A stretch of DNA of 64,000 nucleotides from Candidatus Babeliales bacterium (GTDB lineage: Bacteria > Babelota > Babeliae > Babelales > JANWKD01), in contig CAVRJM010000001.1 of NCBI GenBank assembly GCA_963722075.1, positions 896,001 through 960,000 on the forward strand, in the 5' to 3' direction. The notes beneath the pieces were generated by a model, which worked only from the letters and a program-made list of their open reading frames with translations, did not search any database and was not told where the DNA came from. A program made the translations under genes and the position numbers. Shown one piece after another: positions 42,279 to 51,520 of the stretch; the stretch's first letter is position 1; each line of letters starts with the position of its first letter.

Positions 42279-42773
42279 CTATTGCTCGTCTTGAGTGGTT
42301 TCAGTTTCACTGTGCATATCTTCTTTTAATAATGGCTCTATAGCCCTTTTTGATTCAGATGACGAAGTCTTAATAAGACCTTCCATCTTATTCTCGCGCA
42401 AGAATGAATCTACATCGCGACTCGGGGTATCTTCTAATGATTCTGGTTTTTGATAGCTGAGGGATTGATTTGGTTCTAAACTGGTTATCATGCTACGCAT
42501 GACGATGTCAGCCTTTTTAAAAGAAAAAAGAAAGTTGAGATCGTGCAAAAGCTCAGCGCATTGCTCATCATCAACTTCAAAACGGATCAAAAAGTAGACG
42601 CCATATTCATTTTTTCTTATTGGGTAAGCAAGTCGATACTTTCCCCACCGCTCAAAAGAGATCACTGATCCTTTTGCTTTTTTAATCGACTGTTCAATAT
42701 TTCTTTCAAGAGAAGCAGTCTCATCCTTGGTAATTTCAGGTATCGCAAGGAGTAACGTTTCGTAACGTACCAT
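42279..42773 (-). CDS. rpsF: 30S ribosomal protein S6 with an acidic C-terminal extension
   Basis: MVRYET, WGKYRLAYPIRK, GVY; start set at 42773. Confidence 0.92.
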   Translation of the reverse strand: MVRYETLLLAIPEITKDETASLERNIEQSIKKAKGSVISFERWGKYRLAYPIRKNEYGVYFLIRFEVDDEQCAELLHDLNFLFSFKKADIVMRSMITSLEPNQSLSYQKPESLEDTPSRDVDSFLRENKMEGLIKTSSSESKRAIEPLLKEDMHSETETTQDEQ

Positions 42774-42918
42774 TAATGTGCCCTTTATTAAAATAACTAA
42801 CTGGAAATGTTTACAAAAAACATTATAAAACAACTGTTTTATTTAGCTCATCTAGAGCATTACAACAAGTATAACAAAAAGATTACAAAAGACTAGGTTC
42901 TTTTGACTTTATTTTATA

Positions 42919-43066
42919 ACTGGATCATTACGTTCCGTCTCCGTTAAAACTCCGCCGGACACGCGCTTTGCTATTAAGGAATCCGGCGTAGCCTTGGCGA
43001 AGTCGGACGCAAACTCCTCATGATGACAAACGAATGTCATCCTGAGCACCAGCGTAAGGATCCAGT
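42919..43066. repeat. Nested palindromic repeat cluster
   Basis: Left part closely resembles 24127-24232; ends tgtcatcctgagcaccagcgtaaggatccagt. Confidence 0.85.
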
Positions 43067-43092
43067 AAAATATTTATTCCTTTTTACTATTT

Positions 43093-43767
43093 TTATGCAA
43101 AACGTTGGTGGCGTTGAATAACGCGACCAATAATACGGAAGTGGTCTTTACCACGAACTAATGCTATTGGTGGATTCTTATGATTCACTGCTTCTAACAC
43201 AATAAAATCTTCAGTATAGGTAATTTGCATGATCGCTTTGGTAGGTGCATCATTGCCATATTCTACTGCAGCAATGTCACCTGAACGAGTCCATACTTCA
43301 GGAGAAATAATAAGAACATCACCCTTAATAAAGGTAGGCGCCATTAAGTTGTTATCAATAGCTAAGCCAAACATTGCGCTATCAGTGGTATTTAAAATAG
43401 GAATAAATTCATCTTTATGGCCGCTAGTAATTTGCATTAACTGGTTGTTATAGGGAGAAGGATTAGAAGGCACTTCGCCAACAACGGGGATAATTTGTAC
43501 TTTTAATTCAACTTCTGATTTTTCTGGCAAGCTTACATTGCTATCAATATTGTCAGTACGCTTACGGCGCTGTGCAAAAAGATCAATAGGGCTAATTTCA
43601 AAAGCGTTAGCAAGTTTTCTTAAGGAATCTTCATTCCAACGGCGGGTTCCGTTTTTAATGTGGGTAAGGTAACTTTCAGACATCCCTGTTTTTTCAGCAA
43701 GGATCTTAGTGGTCCACCCTTTTTCTCGTAATAACTCTTTTACCCGTAATTCAGTCATCGAAGACAT
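43093..43767 (-). CDS. XRE HTH plus S24 peptidase-like (LexA/CI-type) transcriptional regulator
   Basis: LAEKTGMSESYLTHIKNG HTH; IPVVG, MAPTFIKGD, LEAVN, RIIGRVI. Confidence 0.85.
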   Translation of the reverse strand: MSSMTELRVKELLREKGWTTKILAEKTGMSESYLTHIKNGTRRWNEDSLRKLANAFEISPIDLFAQRRKRTDNIDSNVSLPEKSEVELKVQIIPVVGEVPSNPSPYNNQLMQITSGHKDEFIPILNTTDSAMFGLAIDNNLMAPTFIKGDVLIISPEVWTRSGDIAAVEYGNDAPTKAIMQITYTEDFIVLEAVNHKNPPIALVRGKDHFRIIGRVIQRHQRFA

Positions 43768-43833
43768 AAATAAACTCCTCTATAATTTTGATAGAAATGT
43801 GATAGTATGGTTACTTCTATATATTTATTTCTA

Positions 43834-43861
43834 ATTGTACTCTATGGATTGTTTTTGTCAA
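43834..43861 (-). promoter_or_regulatory. Putative sigma70 promoter of the XRE/S24 regulator
   Basis: TTGACA-N16-TACAAT on the minus strand. Confidence 0.6.
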
Positions 43862-44035
43862 ATGGAAACATGGAAACCAATTTTTAGACTAAAACCTGAC
43901 ATCTGCCCGGGCTTTTACCCCTCCCCATACCTGTAACACTCTATAAAAACAGACTTTGTCGTTATTTACAAAAGAAATTAATCAGCTATAATTATACAAT
44001 ATAAGTTTCAATTGTTAAATTTGGGGGGAAGATAA

Positions 44036-45004
44036 ATGAAAAAACTAGCTGGTTTAGCCTTATTCTTTTTACTTTGTATTTCAGGCTGCTCACTATTTGG
44101 CATGAACGGCTTTAAAAATCGGTTTAAAAACTGCTCATGGAAAACAGCAGCATTCGGCGCTTTTGCCGGAACCTGTACCGCTCTACATTATGGCTTAAGC
44201 CTGTTTCCTAGCTATAAAATTTATACTATTAATAAGCATTTTTTTTCAACAGAAAATAGACCCGATGCTCCTGATGTAAGCCCCGTAATTGAACAATTTG
44301 TACGGCAACAGCTCAAAAAACCCACTTCAAAAAAAATTCTAATAAAATCTGGCAACCAATATGCAGCAAAAAGCTCATTGGATACAGGAACGATGTATCT
44401 TGAAGATACGGCACTTCTTGAAGAAGTTTTAGCGACTCCCCAAGAAGAAAGACCTAATAAATATATATGTTGGCAACGCCGTGACGGTACTCAACTTCAT
44501 AAATCATATAATGAGTACTTAAAACAAGTAGCCGCTATTATTCAGCATGAAGAAACCCATATTGTTAAACATCATTATTTTCAGCTTCATGTTGCTTTTG
44601 GTGCAATCCCATTCTTGCTAGAACTTGCTCATTATGGATTAAAAAAGAAGTTTCCGGTATTAGGAAGATATTCTATTAACAATGTATTAAAAATACCAAC
44701 GGGTGCATTAAAAGGATATATAAATGGATTAATATTTTTTGCCCTCAGTCGTTATCATGAACAACAATCGGATGATGGCATTGAAGATAATATACAGCTC
44801 TTACAAGCGGATATTGAATATCAAGAAGAACTACCTTCTTGGCGCCGACTTAAACATACACCGTGGTATCGCAATTTTCACACGCATCCTGCCGATAAAC
44901 TTAGAATTGCACGGCTGCGGCAACGCCTTCAAGTATTAGAAGATACTGGTGATGAGAGATATTGCCAGGATCCACTCCAAAAAAAAGAATCAGAAATCAA
45001 GTAA
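44036..45004 (+). CDS. Exported M48-like zinc metallopeptidase
   Basis: HEETH (HExxH), EQQSD (ExxAD-like), THP...RI. Confidence 0.65.
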   Translation: MKKLAGLALFFLLCISGCSLFGMNGFKNRFKNCSWKTAAFGAFAGTCTALHYGLSLFPSYKIYTINKHFFSTENRPDAPDVSPVIEQFVRQQLKKPTSKKILIKSGNQYAAKSSLDTGTMYLEDTALLEEVLATPQEERPNKYICWQRRDGTQLHKSYNEYLKQVAAIIQHEETHIVKHHYFQLHVAFGAIPFLLELAHYGLKKKFPVLGRYSINNVLKIPTGALKGYINGLIFFALSRYHEQQSDDGIEDNIQLLQADIEYQEELPSWRRLKHTPWYRNFHTHPADKLRIARLRQRLQVLEDTGDERYCQDPLQKKESEIK

Positions 45005-45020
45005 GAAAAAGAGGTTCATT

Positions 45021-45284
45021 ATGAAAAAATTATCACTTTATTTTTTAACTTTTTTATGTCTTATATTTGCCACTAAGCTTTGTCCTATGAACGCCTTTAA
45101 AAATCGGTTTAAACTCTGCTCATGGAAAACAGCAGCATTCGGCGCTTTTGCCGGAACCTGTACCGCTGTACATTATGGCTTATCTTATGTTCCAGCGATG
45201 GCGCATATTGTCGGAACAGCAATTTTTGCCACAAATTTATTTACTGAAAAATGCACCGCATCAACTGCCTCTTCAAAAGGATAG
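45021..45284 (+). pseudogene. Truncated paralog of the 44036 peptidase
   Basis: 45087-45182 matches 44102-44197 at 92/96 nt; no HExxH domain follows. Confidence 0.6.
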
Positions 45285-45739
45285 TGAGTGTGAATATATT
45301 GTTGTATCGTGGTTCTTATCTGCGTAAAGTAATCAACCATATATTCTTTAAACTCTTTTGCCAGACTCTTATCAGTTGCCCATAATTTTTTATGTACCGC
45401 ATTACAACGTTCAATTAAAGGCTTCAAGAATATTCTTTCAAGGGTAAATAATTGACGATATGAAAAATCTTCAACGTTCCATTCCAACTGATCTGTTATC
45501 ATAATAAGATATTCAAATAATTCTTCTGAAGGGTTTTTTTCAAATTCTACCAAAGCAATAAAAACGGCTTCGATCTGGTTTTGAAGTTGCTCAAATTTTT
45601 TTGAACTTATTGGCTTTAATTGATTTTGTAAATTTTTGAGCTTTTCCTGTAATTGAGAAAGTGATTGTTCAAGGGCCTGGCTTTTAAGAAGATTCGCAAA
45701 GAATAATACTGCAATAATGGTCATTAATAGCTTCTTCAT
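45185..45739 (-). CDS. Exported helical protein with N-terminal zipper tag
   Basis: RBS aagga; signal peptide; LEQSLSQLQEKLKNLQNQL. Confidence 0.65.
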   Translation of the reverse strand: MKKLLMTIIAVLFFANLLKSQALEQSLSQLQEKLKNLQNQLKPISSKKFEQLQNQIEAVFIALVEFEKNPSEELFEYLIMITDQLEWNVEDFSYRQLFTLERIFLKPLIERCNAVHKKLWATDKSLAKEFKEYMVDYFTQIRTTIQQYIHTHYPFEEAVDAVHFSVNKFVAKIAVPTICAIAGT

Positions 45740-45915
45740 TTACTTTCCTTTAAATTTTACTAAGTAGAACTTGTGCTCAAATGAGTATAAATTTGCAACG
45801 ACGGGTTTTCTTATTTTGACACTTTGAGACACGTTATAACCCATCTACGAAAATTAAACAATTTTTATATCTATGCTATAGTAATACATACTGTTTTCAT
45901 AAAAAAAGAATATAT

Positions 45916-46644
45916 ATGGCTACTCACGCATATAAAACGCGCTTTAATAAGAATTATTTTGAAGAAAAAGTATGGAGTGAGAATAAGCTGCTTTGCGGCA
46001 TTGATGAGGTAGGCCGCGGGTGCTTAGCCGGACCGGTGATAGTAGCTGCTGTAGTTCTTTTTCCCCATAAAATCAGTCGTCATCTACGTGATTCAAAAAT
46101 AATGACCCCCGAAGAGCGCCAAAAAGCGTATCACTGGATTATTAAAAATAGTTGGCATAGCATTGCCTTGGTACATCATCGTATCATTGATACCCATAAT
46201 ATTTATTATGCAACGCTCTTAGCAATGAAGCGTGCCTATATGCAGTTAGCCGCTCATATTGCGCAAAAACCGAGTACCATTATCATTGATGCCATGCCAT
46301 TGAGACTAGAAAATAGTATATATACTGATACAGAGATTTTTTATTTTCCGTTTGGCGAGCGCAAATCGAGTTCTATTGCAGCTGCTTCGATTGTAGCAAA
46401 AGTTACGCGTGATCGCTTAATTGCCACTCAATTTGATGCTATAATTCCTGGATATCAGTTGAAAAATCATAAAGGGTATTCTACGCCTCCCCATAAAAAA
46501 TTGGTACGTAGCTTAGGGCCATCAATTATACATAGAACTAATTTTGTAAAAAAGGTACTTTCTTATCCTGATGAATCCAACCAAATTAGTTTGTTCAATG
46601 AAAATGAACCCATGAACCCTTCCGTTGATGAGAGGGAATTATGA
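45916..46644 (+). CDS. rnhB: Ribonuclease HII
   Basis: GIDEVGRGCLAGP, DSK, IAAASIVAKVTRD, HKGY. Confidence 0.95.
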   Translation: MATHAYKTRFNKNYFEEKVWSENKLLCGIDEVGRGCLAGPVIVAAVVLFPHKISRHLRDSKIMTPEERQKAYHWIIKNSWHSIALVHHRIIDTHNIYYATLLAMKRAYMQLAAHIAQKPSTIIIDAMPLRLENSIYTDTEIFYFPFGERKSSSIAAASIVAKVTRDRLIATQFDAIIPGYQLKNHKGYSTPPHKKLVRSLGPSIIHRTNFVKKVLSYPDESNQISLFNENEPMNPSVDEREL

Positions 46645-47231
46645 AAAAACAGTTTGCAGAAGTTATAGAAAGTTCATTATCAGGCTGGCTTGCACAAAGC
46701 TGGCATTGGAATCAATTTCCGGTATTTGGTTCACTAGTTACTATTGAAAGCAATAATCGTACGCTCTTTGGCATTGTACATCAAATTCAGACCGGTTCCT
46801 TGGATCCTATTAGGTATCCGGTAACCTATCAAAAAACAGAAGAAGAATTGCTCCGTGATCAACCACAAATTTTTGAATTTTTAAAAACAACCTTTTCTTG
46901 CTTAACGGTTGGATATAAATATCAAGGAACTATTTACTACCAATTAGCTCCTGAACCGCCCAAGATTCATGCATTTGTTACCTCAGCTACCGCTGATTGT
47001 ATTCAAGAATTTTTTTCTAATGAACAGTATTTATCAATACTTTTTGGCTTATCAAATCAGATTTTTAATCTTGACGAATTGTTACTAGCTATTCTGAGTA
47101 ATCTACATACCCATCAATTAATAGACAGCGTTAACAAGCAGCAATTTGTGCAGCAGCTTTCACTACTTATTGGCAATGATTACCGCCGCCTAAAGCTATT
47201 TTTACAACGAATCCAGCCCCTTTTGACTTAA
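46641..47231 (+). CDS. Stand-alone HAS-barrel-like protein
   Basis: AEVIES, PxFGSLV, TGSxDPxR, EEL...PQI pattern recalled from HAS-barrel proteins; ATGA overlap with rnhB. Confidence 0.55.
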   Translation: MKKQFAEVIESSLSGWLAQSWHWNQFPVFGSLVTIESNNRTLFGIVHQIQTGSLDPIRYPVTYQKTEEELLRDQPQIFEFLKTTFSCLTVGYKYQGTIYYQLAPEPPKIHAFVTSATADCIQEFFSNEQYLSILFGLSNQIFNLDELLLAILSNLHTHQLIDSVNKQQFVQQLSLLIGNDYRRLKLFLQRIQPLLT

Positions 47232-47288
47232 AGGCTATAGTATATTATTATAATATTTACTATTATTAATAATCAACGAAAGGGTCAT

Positions 47289-47807
47289 ATGAATTATAAA
47301 CTATTGATGTTAGCTATCTTTTCTTTTTTGGGCTTTTCAAACAATAATTGCATGAATGTTGCGAAATTGGGTGAAGTAAAGATTCTTGGCCAAACAATTG
47401 AAGACTTTATGTCTCCTTATATTAGACGCAATCTCAGCGACAACACTAATTATACCGGATCAATTAAAATCAATCCAAATCCTAATAAAGGCATTACTGA
47501 AAAAATGGCCAAAGAAATAGAGGTTGCTTTAAAAAAATTACGGTTTACCCATAAGCCAGAGCATTTTAGACATTTTTTTGATGCACAAAACTTACCCAAA
47601 TTCTTAAAGGCACTTATACCGGTTATAGAAGAATTTAAAATTAAACAACGATCAACAAATAACAGCTGGTGTTCAAAACTTCATAATGCATTCTCATCAA
47701 AAAAAGCAGTGTTTTGTTATGGCGCGGCAACGCTCGGTGCAGCAATAGCGCTTAATAATAAATTTGGCCTCATGAATTATTTACCGTTTTTTAAAAGTCA
47801 GAGATAA
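47289..47807 (+). CDS. Exported hypothetical protein with a C-terminal hydrophobic tail
   Basis: Signal peptide ending NNNC-MNV. Confidence 0.6.
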   Translation: MNYKLLMLAIFSFLGFSNNNCMNVAKLGEVKILGQTIEDFMSPYIRRNLSDNTNYTGSIKINPNPNKGITEKMAKEIEVALKKLRFTHKPEHFRHFFDAQNLPKFLKALIPVIEEFKIKQRSTNNSWCSKLHNAFSSKKAVFCYGAATLGAAIALNNKFGLMNYLPFFKSQR

Positions 47808-47832
47808 TTTATTAAATAATAATTGAATAAGT

Positions 47833-47860
47833 AAAAGGCTCGCATTTATGCGGGCCTTTT
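47833..47860. terminator. Intrinsic terminator
   Basis: aaaaggctcgcatttatgcgggcctttt. Confidence 0.8.
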
Positions 47861-48001
47861 CTATTTGCTGCTGCTTTTGTTATAGAAAAATCATGTTCTA
47901 ACAAAATTATTTATCTTATTTAAAAAAATCAATTATACTGCAGTTAAATACATATTAATTTCTAGAAATCATTTTCATTGGTGAAAGGTAAAGGTATACA
48001 T

Positions 48002-48655
48002 ATGAAATTAATCATTATTACCGCTTTCTTTTTATCCATTTTTGCGTATACCTCTATAATATCTATGGAGAAACCTACGCGGGTAGCAATTCCTAAACTT
48101 CGCTTAGAATGTATTTCACAGAAAAAAAAGAAACCAAAAAAAATTGATAGCCCTATTTCTTTTAAACAGTCGGATTATTTAAATCCAGAATCTATTGAAT
48201 ATTCCCTTCCAGAACATGTTCATTATTTACATGAAGAAACATGGCCAACTAAATTGATTGCGTATTTATTTTCTAAAGTAAGCCGCTCTTATGCAAACAA
48301 TAAGGAACAGTGGGATTTTTCACCAGTAGTGGCTGCCATAGTAGTTGAAAAAGAGAACGTACAAAAACTATTAGATACTTCTATTGAGGACCATAAATTT
48401 TTACAGCCAATCATTAACGTTACCAATTTAAAGCCGCTTCCTTTTATACCTTCGGATGAAAAAGTGATTTATTTAAATAATGAAAATGAATATAGCAACC
48501 TTATTAAGTCAATTTTTTCCAGAAGTTATCGCTATATTTATGATGGCCATGAGTATTGGGATTTGCGTCCTTCACTTTATGCATTTAAAAAACAGAAACA
48601 AAAATGGGAACAGCTTTTTCAGGTTGCTGAAGAGCAAAAACAACAAAAAAATTAA
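48002..48655 (+). CDS. Exported hypothetical protein with a two-copy internal repeat
   Basis: ATG 48002 after aagg; signal peptide ending SIIS-MEK. Confidence 0.6.
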   Translation: MKLIIITAFFLSIFAYTSIISMEKPTRVAIPKLRLECISQKKKKPKKIDSPISFKQSDYLNPESIEYSLPEHVHYLHEETWPTKLIAYLFSKVSRSYANNKEQWDFSPVVAAIVVEKENVQKLLDTSIEDHKFLQPIINVTNLKPLPFIPSDEKVIYLNNENEYSNLIKSIFSRSYRYIYDGHEYWDLRPSLYAFKKQKQKWEQLFQVAEEQKQQKN

Positions 48656-48694
48656 AACGAGTAGTAAAAACTAAAAAAAAGAAAAAAAAGAAAT

Positions 48695-49507
48695 ATGAAT
48701 AAAATTTATTTACTTTTTTTAATTGTCGGTATTAATTTTACCACTTATTGCATGCAAAAAAACAAACCGGAAAATTACTATAAGCAATTCCGCCTGTCAA
48801 ATTTTTTTAAAAAATTTTGGTCTCCTACTGACCAAATGGAAATAAAAACAAGTCCACATGATAAAGATTTGGCACTAAAAGTCCAACGATTATTAGATCT
48901 CATTTTTATTCGTGTCCCTATAGTTAAAAAACGCGAAGCCGGTAAAACTAAAAAGCTTATAACCGATGGTGAAAGATCTTCACAGATTTTTATTTATGAT
49001 TCGATAATTGTAAAGATTGCGGAAATTTTTGACTTAACAATTCCTCCATCAGAACAAAAATTATTGGCATCTACTAATGGTTCATCTACTCCGGAATCAT
49101 CTCAAATAACTTCTGCAGAAAATAATATCGGCCTGAGAATATATAATAATTTATGGGAACTGGTAAAAGAACAAAAAGGTGATTTTACTTATCAAGAAGT
49201 AACCCTCACACAAAACAATCGAGAATATAAACATGCACATAAAAAACTTATTAAAGCAGTTTTGCAACAATATACGTTTAACCCAGATACATTTGAAATA
49301 GAAGCTACATTAGGATTTGACCATTTAAAAGCCGCCGCTCCATGGGCTTTTGAAGCCCATAAGCGAGAAATTAAGCAACGCATTAAAGCCAAAAAGCGGG
49401 TGTCTTGGTATAATTCTAAGCCAGCCTGGTGCATTTATAGCATCACTGGCACTCTCGGAGCCGTATATCTTTGGAACCTTGTTAAACAGAAATGGCAGCA
49501 TAGTTGA
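48695..49507 (+). CDS. Exported hypothetical protein with a C-terminal hydrophobic tail
   Basis: Signal peptide ending TTYC-MQK. Confidence 0.6.
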   Translation: MNKIYLLFLIVGINFTTYCMQKNKPENYYKQFRLSNFFKKFWSPTDQMEIKTSPHDKDLALKVQRLLDLIFIRVPIVKKREAGKTKKLITDGERSSQIFIYDSIIVKIAEIFDLTIPPSEQKLLASTNGSSTPESSQITSAENNIGLRIYNNLWELVKEQKGDFTYQEVTLTQNNREYKHAHKKLIKAVLQQYTFNPDTFEIEATLGFDHLKAAAPWAFEAHKREIKQRIKAKKRVSWYNSKPAWCIYSITGTLGAVYLWNLVKQKWQHS

Positions 49508-49513
49508 GCCATT

Positions 49514-49542
49514 TTTACAATAAATCCATAATGAGCTATATT
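49514..49542 (+). promoter_or_regulatory. Putative sigma70 promoter
   Basis: TTTACA-N17-TATATT. Confidence 0.5.
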
Positions 49543-49548
49543 AGTTCT

Positions 49549-49715
49549 TAGATAGGCTTGATATTAATTAAATCCGGTAGTGCCACGTGCATCCGAAAAC
49601 TTAATGCGACAGCATTAATGTTGAAGTGGTGCATATGAGCACGAGAGAGCGGTCCAGCAGCATGCTGGTGTCGTTTTAGTTAAGGTATTTTGGACAAGCA
49701 AAATACCTTACTTGT
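49549..49715 (+). ncRNA. Candidate structured RNA of unknown family upstream of ftsY
   Basis: GC-richer non-coding island with nested stems and a 12-bp terminal hairpin, downstream of a promoter-like sequence. Confidence 0.4.
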
Positions 49716-49738
49716 ACAAAAAAGATGTCAATTTTATT

Positions 49739-49830
49739 AATGGATCCAGCCTTCGTTAAAACTTCGGCGGACACGTTCCCACGCCTTGTCCGGCATAGCT
49801 TTAGCGACGACGGAAAGCTCGGAATGACAA
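49739..49830. repeat. Nested palindromic repeat abutting the ftsY start
   Basis: Reverse complement has the same layout as 4197-4290. Confidence 0.85.
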
Positions 49831-49833
49831 AAA

Positions 49834-50727
49834 ATGTTCAATTTTATAAAAAATAAATTATCTACTATTTACGCAACCTTTAGCAGCAAAGTACATACCC
49901 TTTTCCAGCAATCCACCATTGATGCACAAACACTAAAAGAACTAGAAATGCTTCTTATCACTGCTGATACGGGGGTTAAAACAACTAAGAAAATCTTAGA
50001 GCATTTACAAGAAAAGCTTAATCAAGACCTTATTAAAAAAGGCAATGATTTAAAAGCAGCATTAGAAACACAATTAATTCAACTGATTGATGCACAAAAT
50101 CCCATCCAAAATCAAACGGTATTTTTACTCGTAGGCATTAATGGCAGCGGTAAAACAACGGCAGCGGGTAAATTGGCTCATTTATTTAAAAACCAGCATA
50201 AAAAAGTAATGCTGGCTGCAGGGGATACCTTTAGAGCGGGTGCTGCTGATCAATTAGCGCAGTGGGCAACGCGTACTGAATGCACGCTGGTACGCGGTAA
50301 AGAAAAGCAAGATCCTGCTTCAGTAATTTTTAATGCATGCCAAGCATTCAAAGATAACGCCTACGATGTATTAATTATCGATACTGCTGGCCGCTTACAA
50401 ACCAAAATAAATTTAATGAAAGAACTTGAAAAAATTAAGCGCACCATCGAACGTCAATTACCAGAACATACAATATGTACCGTATTAACTATTGATACCA
50501 TGCTTGGGCAAAATTCATTTGAACAAGCAAAACTCTTTCATGAAAGCACCGCAATAGATGGCCTTATTTTAACTAAAATGGATGGTACGGCCAAAGGCGG
50601 TATAGTATTTGCTATCAACCAAGAATTACATATTCCGGTTGCTTTTATAAGCTATGGCGAACAAACGGAACAGCTTAAGTTTTTCAATGCTCATGAATAT
50701 GTGCAGCAATTATTAACCCCTTCTTAA
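49834..50727 (+). CDS. ftsY: Signal recognition particle receptor (NG domain only)
   Basis: GINGSGKTT, DTFRAGA, DTAGRLQ, TKMDGTAKGG. Confidence 0.95.
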   Translation: MFNFIKNKLSTIYATFSSKVHTLFQQSTIDAQTLKELEMLLITADTGVKTTKKILEHLQEKLNQDLIKKGNDLKAALETQLIQLIDAQNPIQNQTVFLLVGINGSGKTTAAGKLAHLFKNQHKKVMLAAGDTFRAGAADQLAQWATRTECTLVRGKEKQDPASVIFNACQAFKDNAYDVLIIDTAGRLQTKINLMKELEKIKRTIERQLPEHTICTVLTIDTMLGQNSFEQAKLFHESTAIDGLILTKMDGTAKGGIVFAINQELHIPVAFISYGEQTEQLKFFNAHEYVQQLLTPS

Positions 50728-50818
50728 TTCCTTGCCCAAAACCAATATATTGACTCATTGATTGCTAATTTTTTAAAGTTTTCTTTATCAGGCAATTACA
50801 ATTTAATCTATTTAAGTA

Positions 50819-51505
50819 ATGATGAAGTTTGTTAATATGGTAAAAAAAATTATTATAGCCAGTTCGCTTTTGGTAATAACGCAATCAACCACTTCTTTGG
50901 AGCAAACGTTGCAACAACTCAAAACAAATTTATCTTCGCTTAATTTTCATCTGCATAAACCGCCGCAAGCATGCTCTTCATCACTTTCTGCCATTGAATG
51001 GGATATACATTTAGAAAAGGCCGCTCAACAAGGAATTATCGCCCAGAAGTCATCAATAGATCGTTTATTTGATGCCATTGACGATCAGATCATACAATTT
51101 AAAAAAGCGATAACTCATTTTAAGCAATCACTTGAAAAATTTAATGGTGATATAGCAAACAAATCAAATGAACAGCTGGAAGCTGAATTTAAACAGATAA
51201 TAAAAACATATAAATCAATTAATAATGATGAATTAACTACCTTATTATTTACGTTAAAAGATAATAAAGATCCTTATACAATTACCGATAAAAAGTATGC
51301 CCAAAAGCTTTTACGTAAAATTAAAAGAATAAAAAAAGAATTAAAAAATTATATGGAAGCGCAAAAAAAAGCTGCCTTCTATAATGATGAACAACTTAGA
51401 AAAAAATATAATACATTGATCAAAAATGAAATTCAAAGCTTTAAAAATTTTAAAGCATTTATAGAAAAATTTAGAAAAAAGTGGCAAATGAATATTCTAT
51501 TCTAA
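50819..51505 (+). CDS. Exported helical protein with N-terminal zipper tag
   Basis: Signal peptide; LEQTLQQLKTNLSSLNFHL. Exact start uncertain. Confidence 0.6.
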   Translation: MMKFVNMVKKIIIASSLLVITQSTTSLEQTLQQLKTNLSSLNFHLHKPPQACSSSLSAIEWDIHLEKAAQQGIIAQKSSIDRLFDAIDDQIIQFKKAITHFKQSLEKFNGDIANKSNEQLEAEFKQIIKTYKSINNDELTTLLFTLKDNKDPYTITDKKYAQKLLRKIKRIKKELKNYMEAQKKAAFYNDEQLRKKYNTLIKNEIQSFKNFKAFIEKFRKKWQMNILF

Positions 51506-51520
51506 TAAGAAGGAGTTGGT

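Noticed and set aside
43093..43767. Prophage repressor marking a prophage
   Set aside because: No integrase, structural or replication phage genes nearby; it sits beside ribosomal protein genes.
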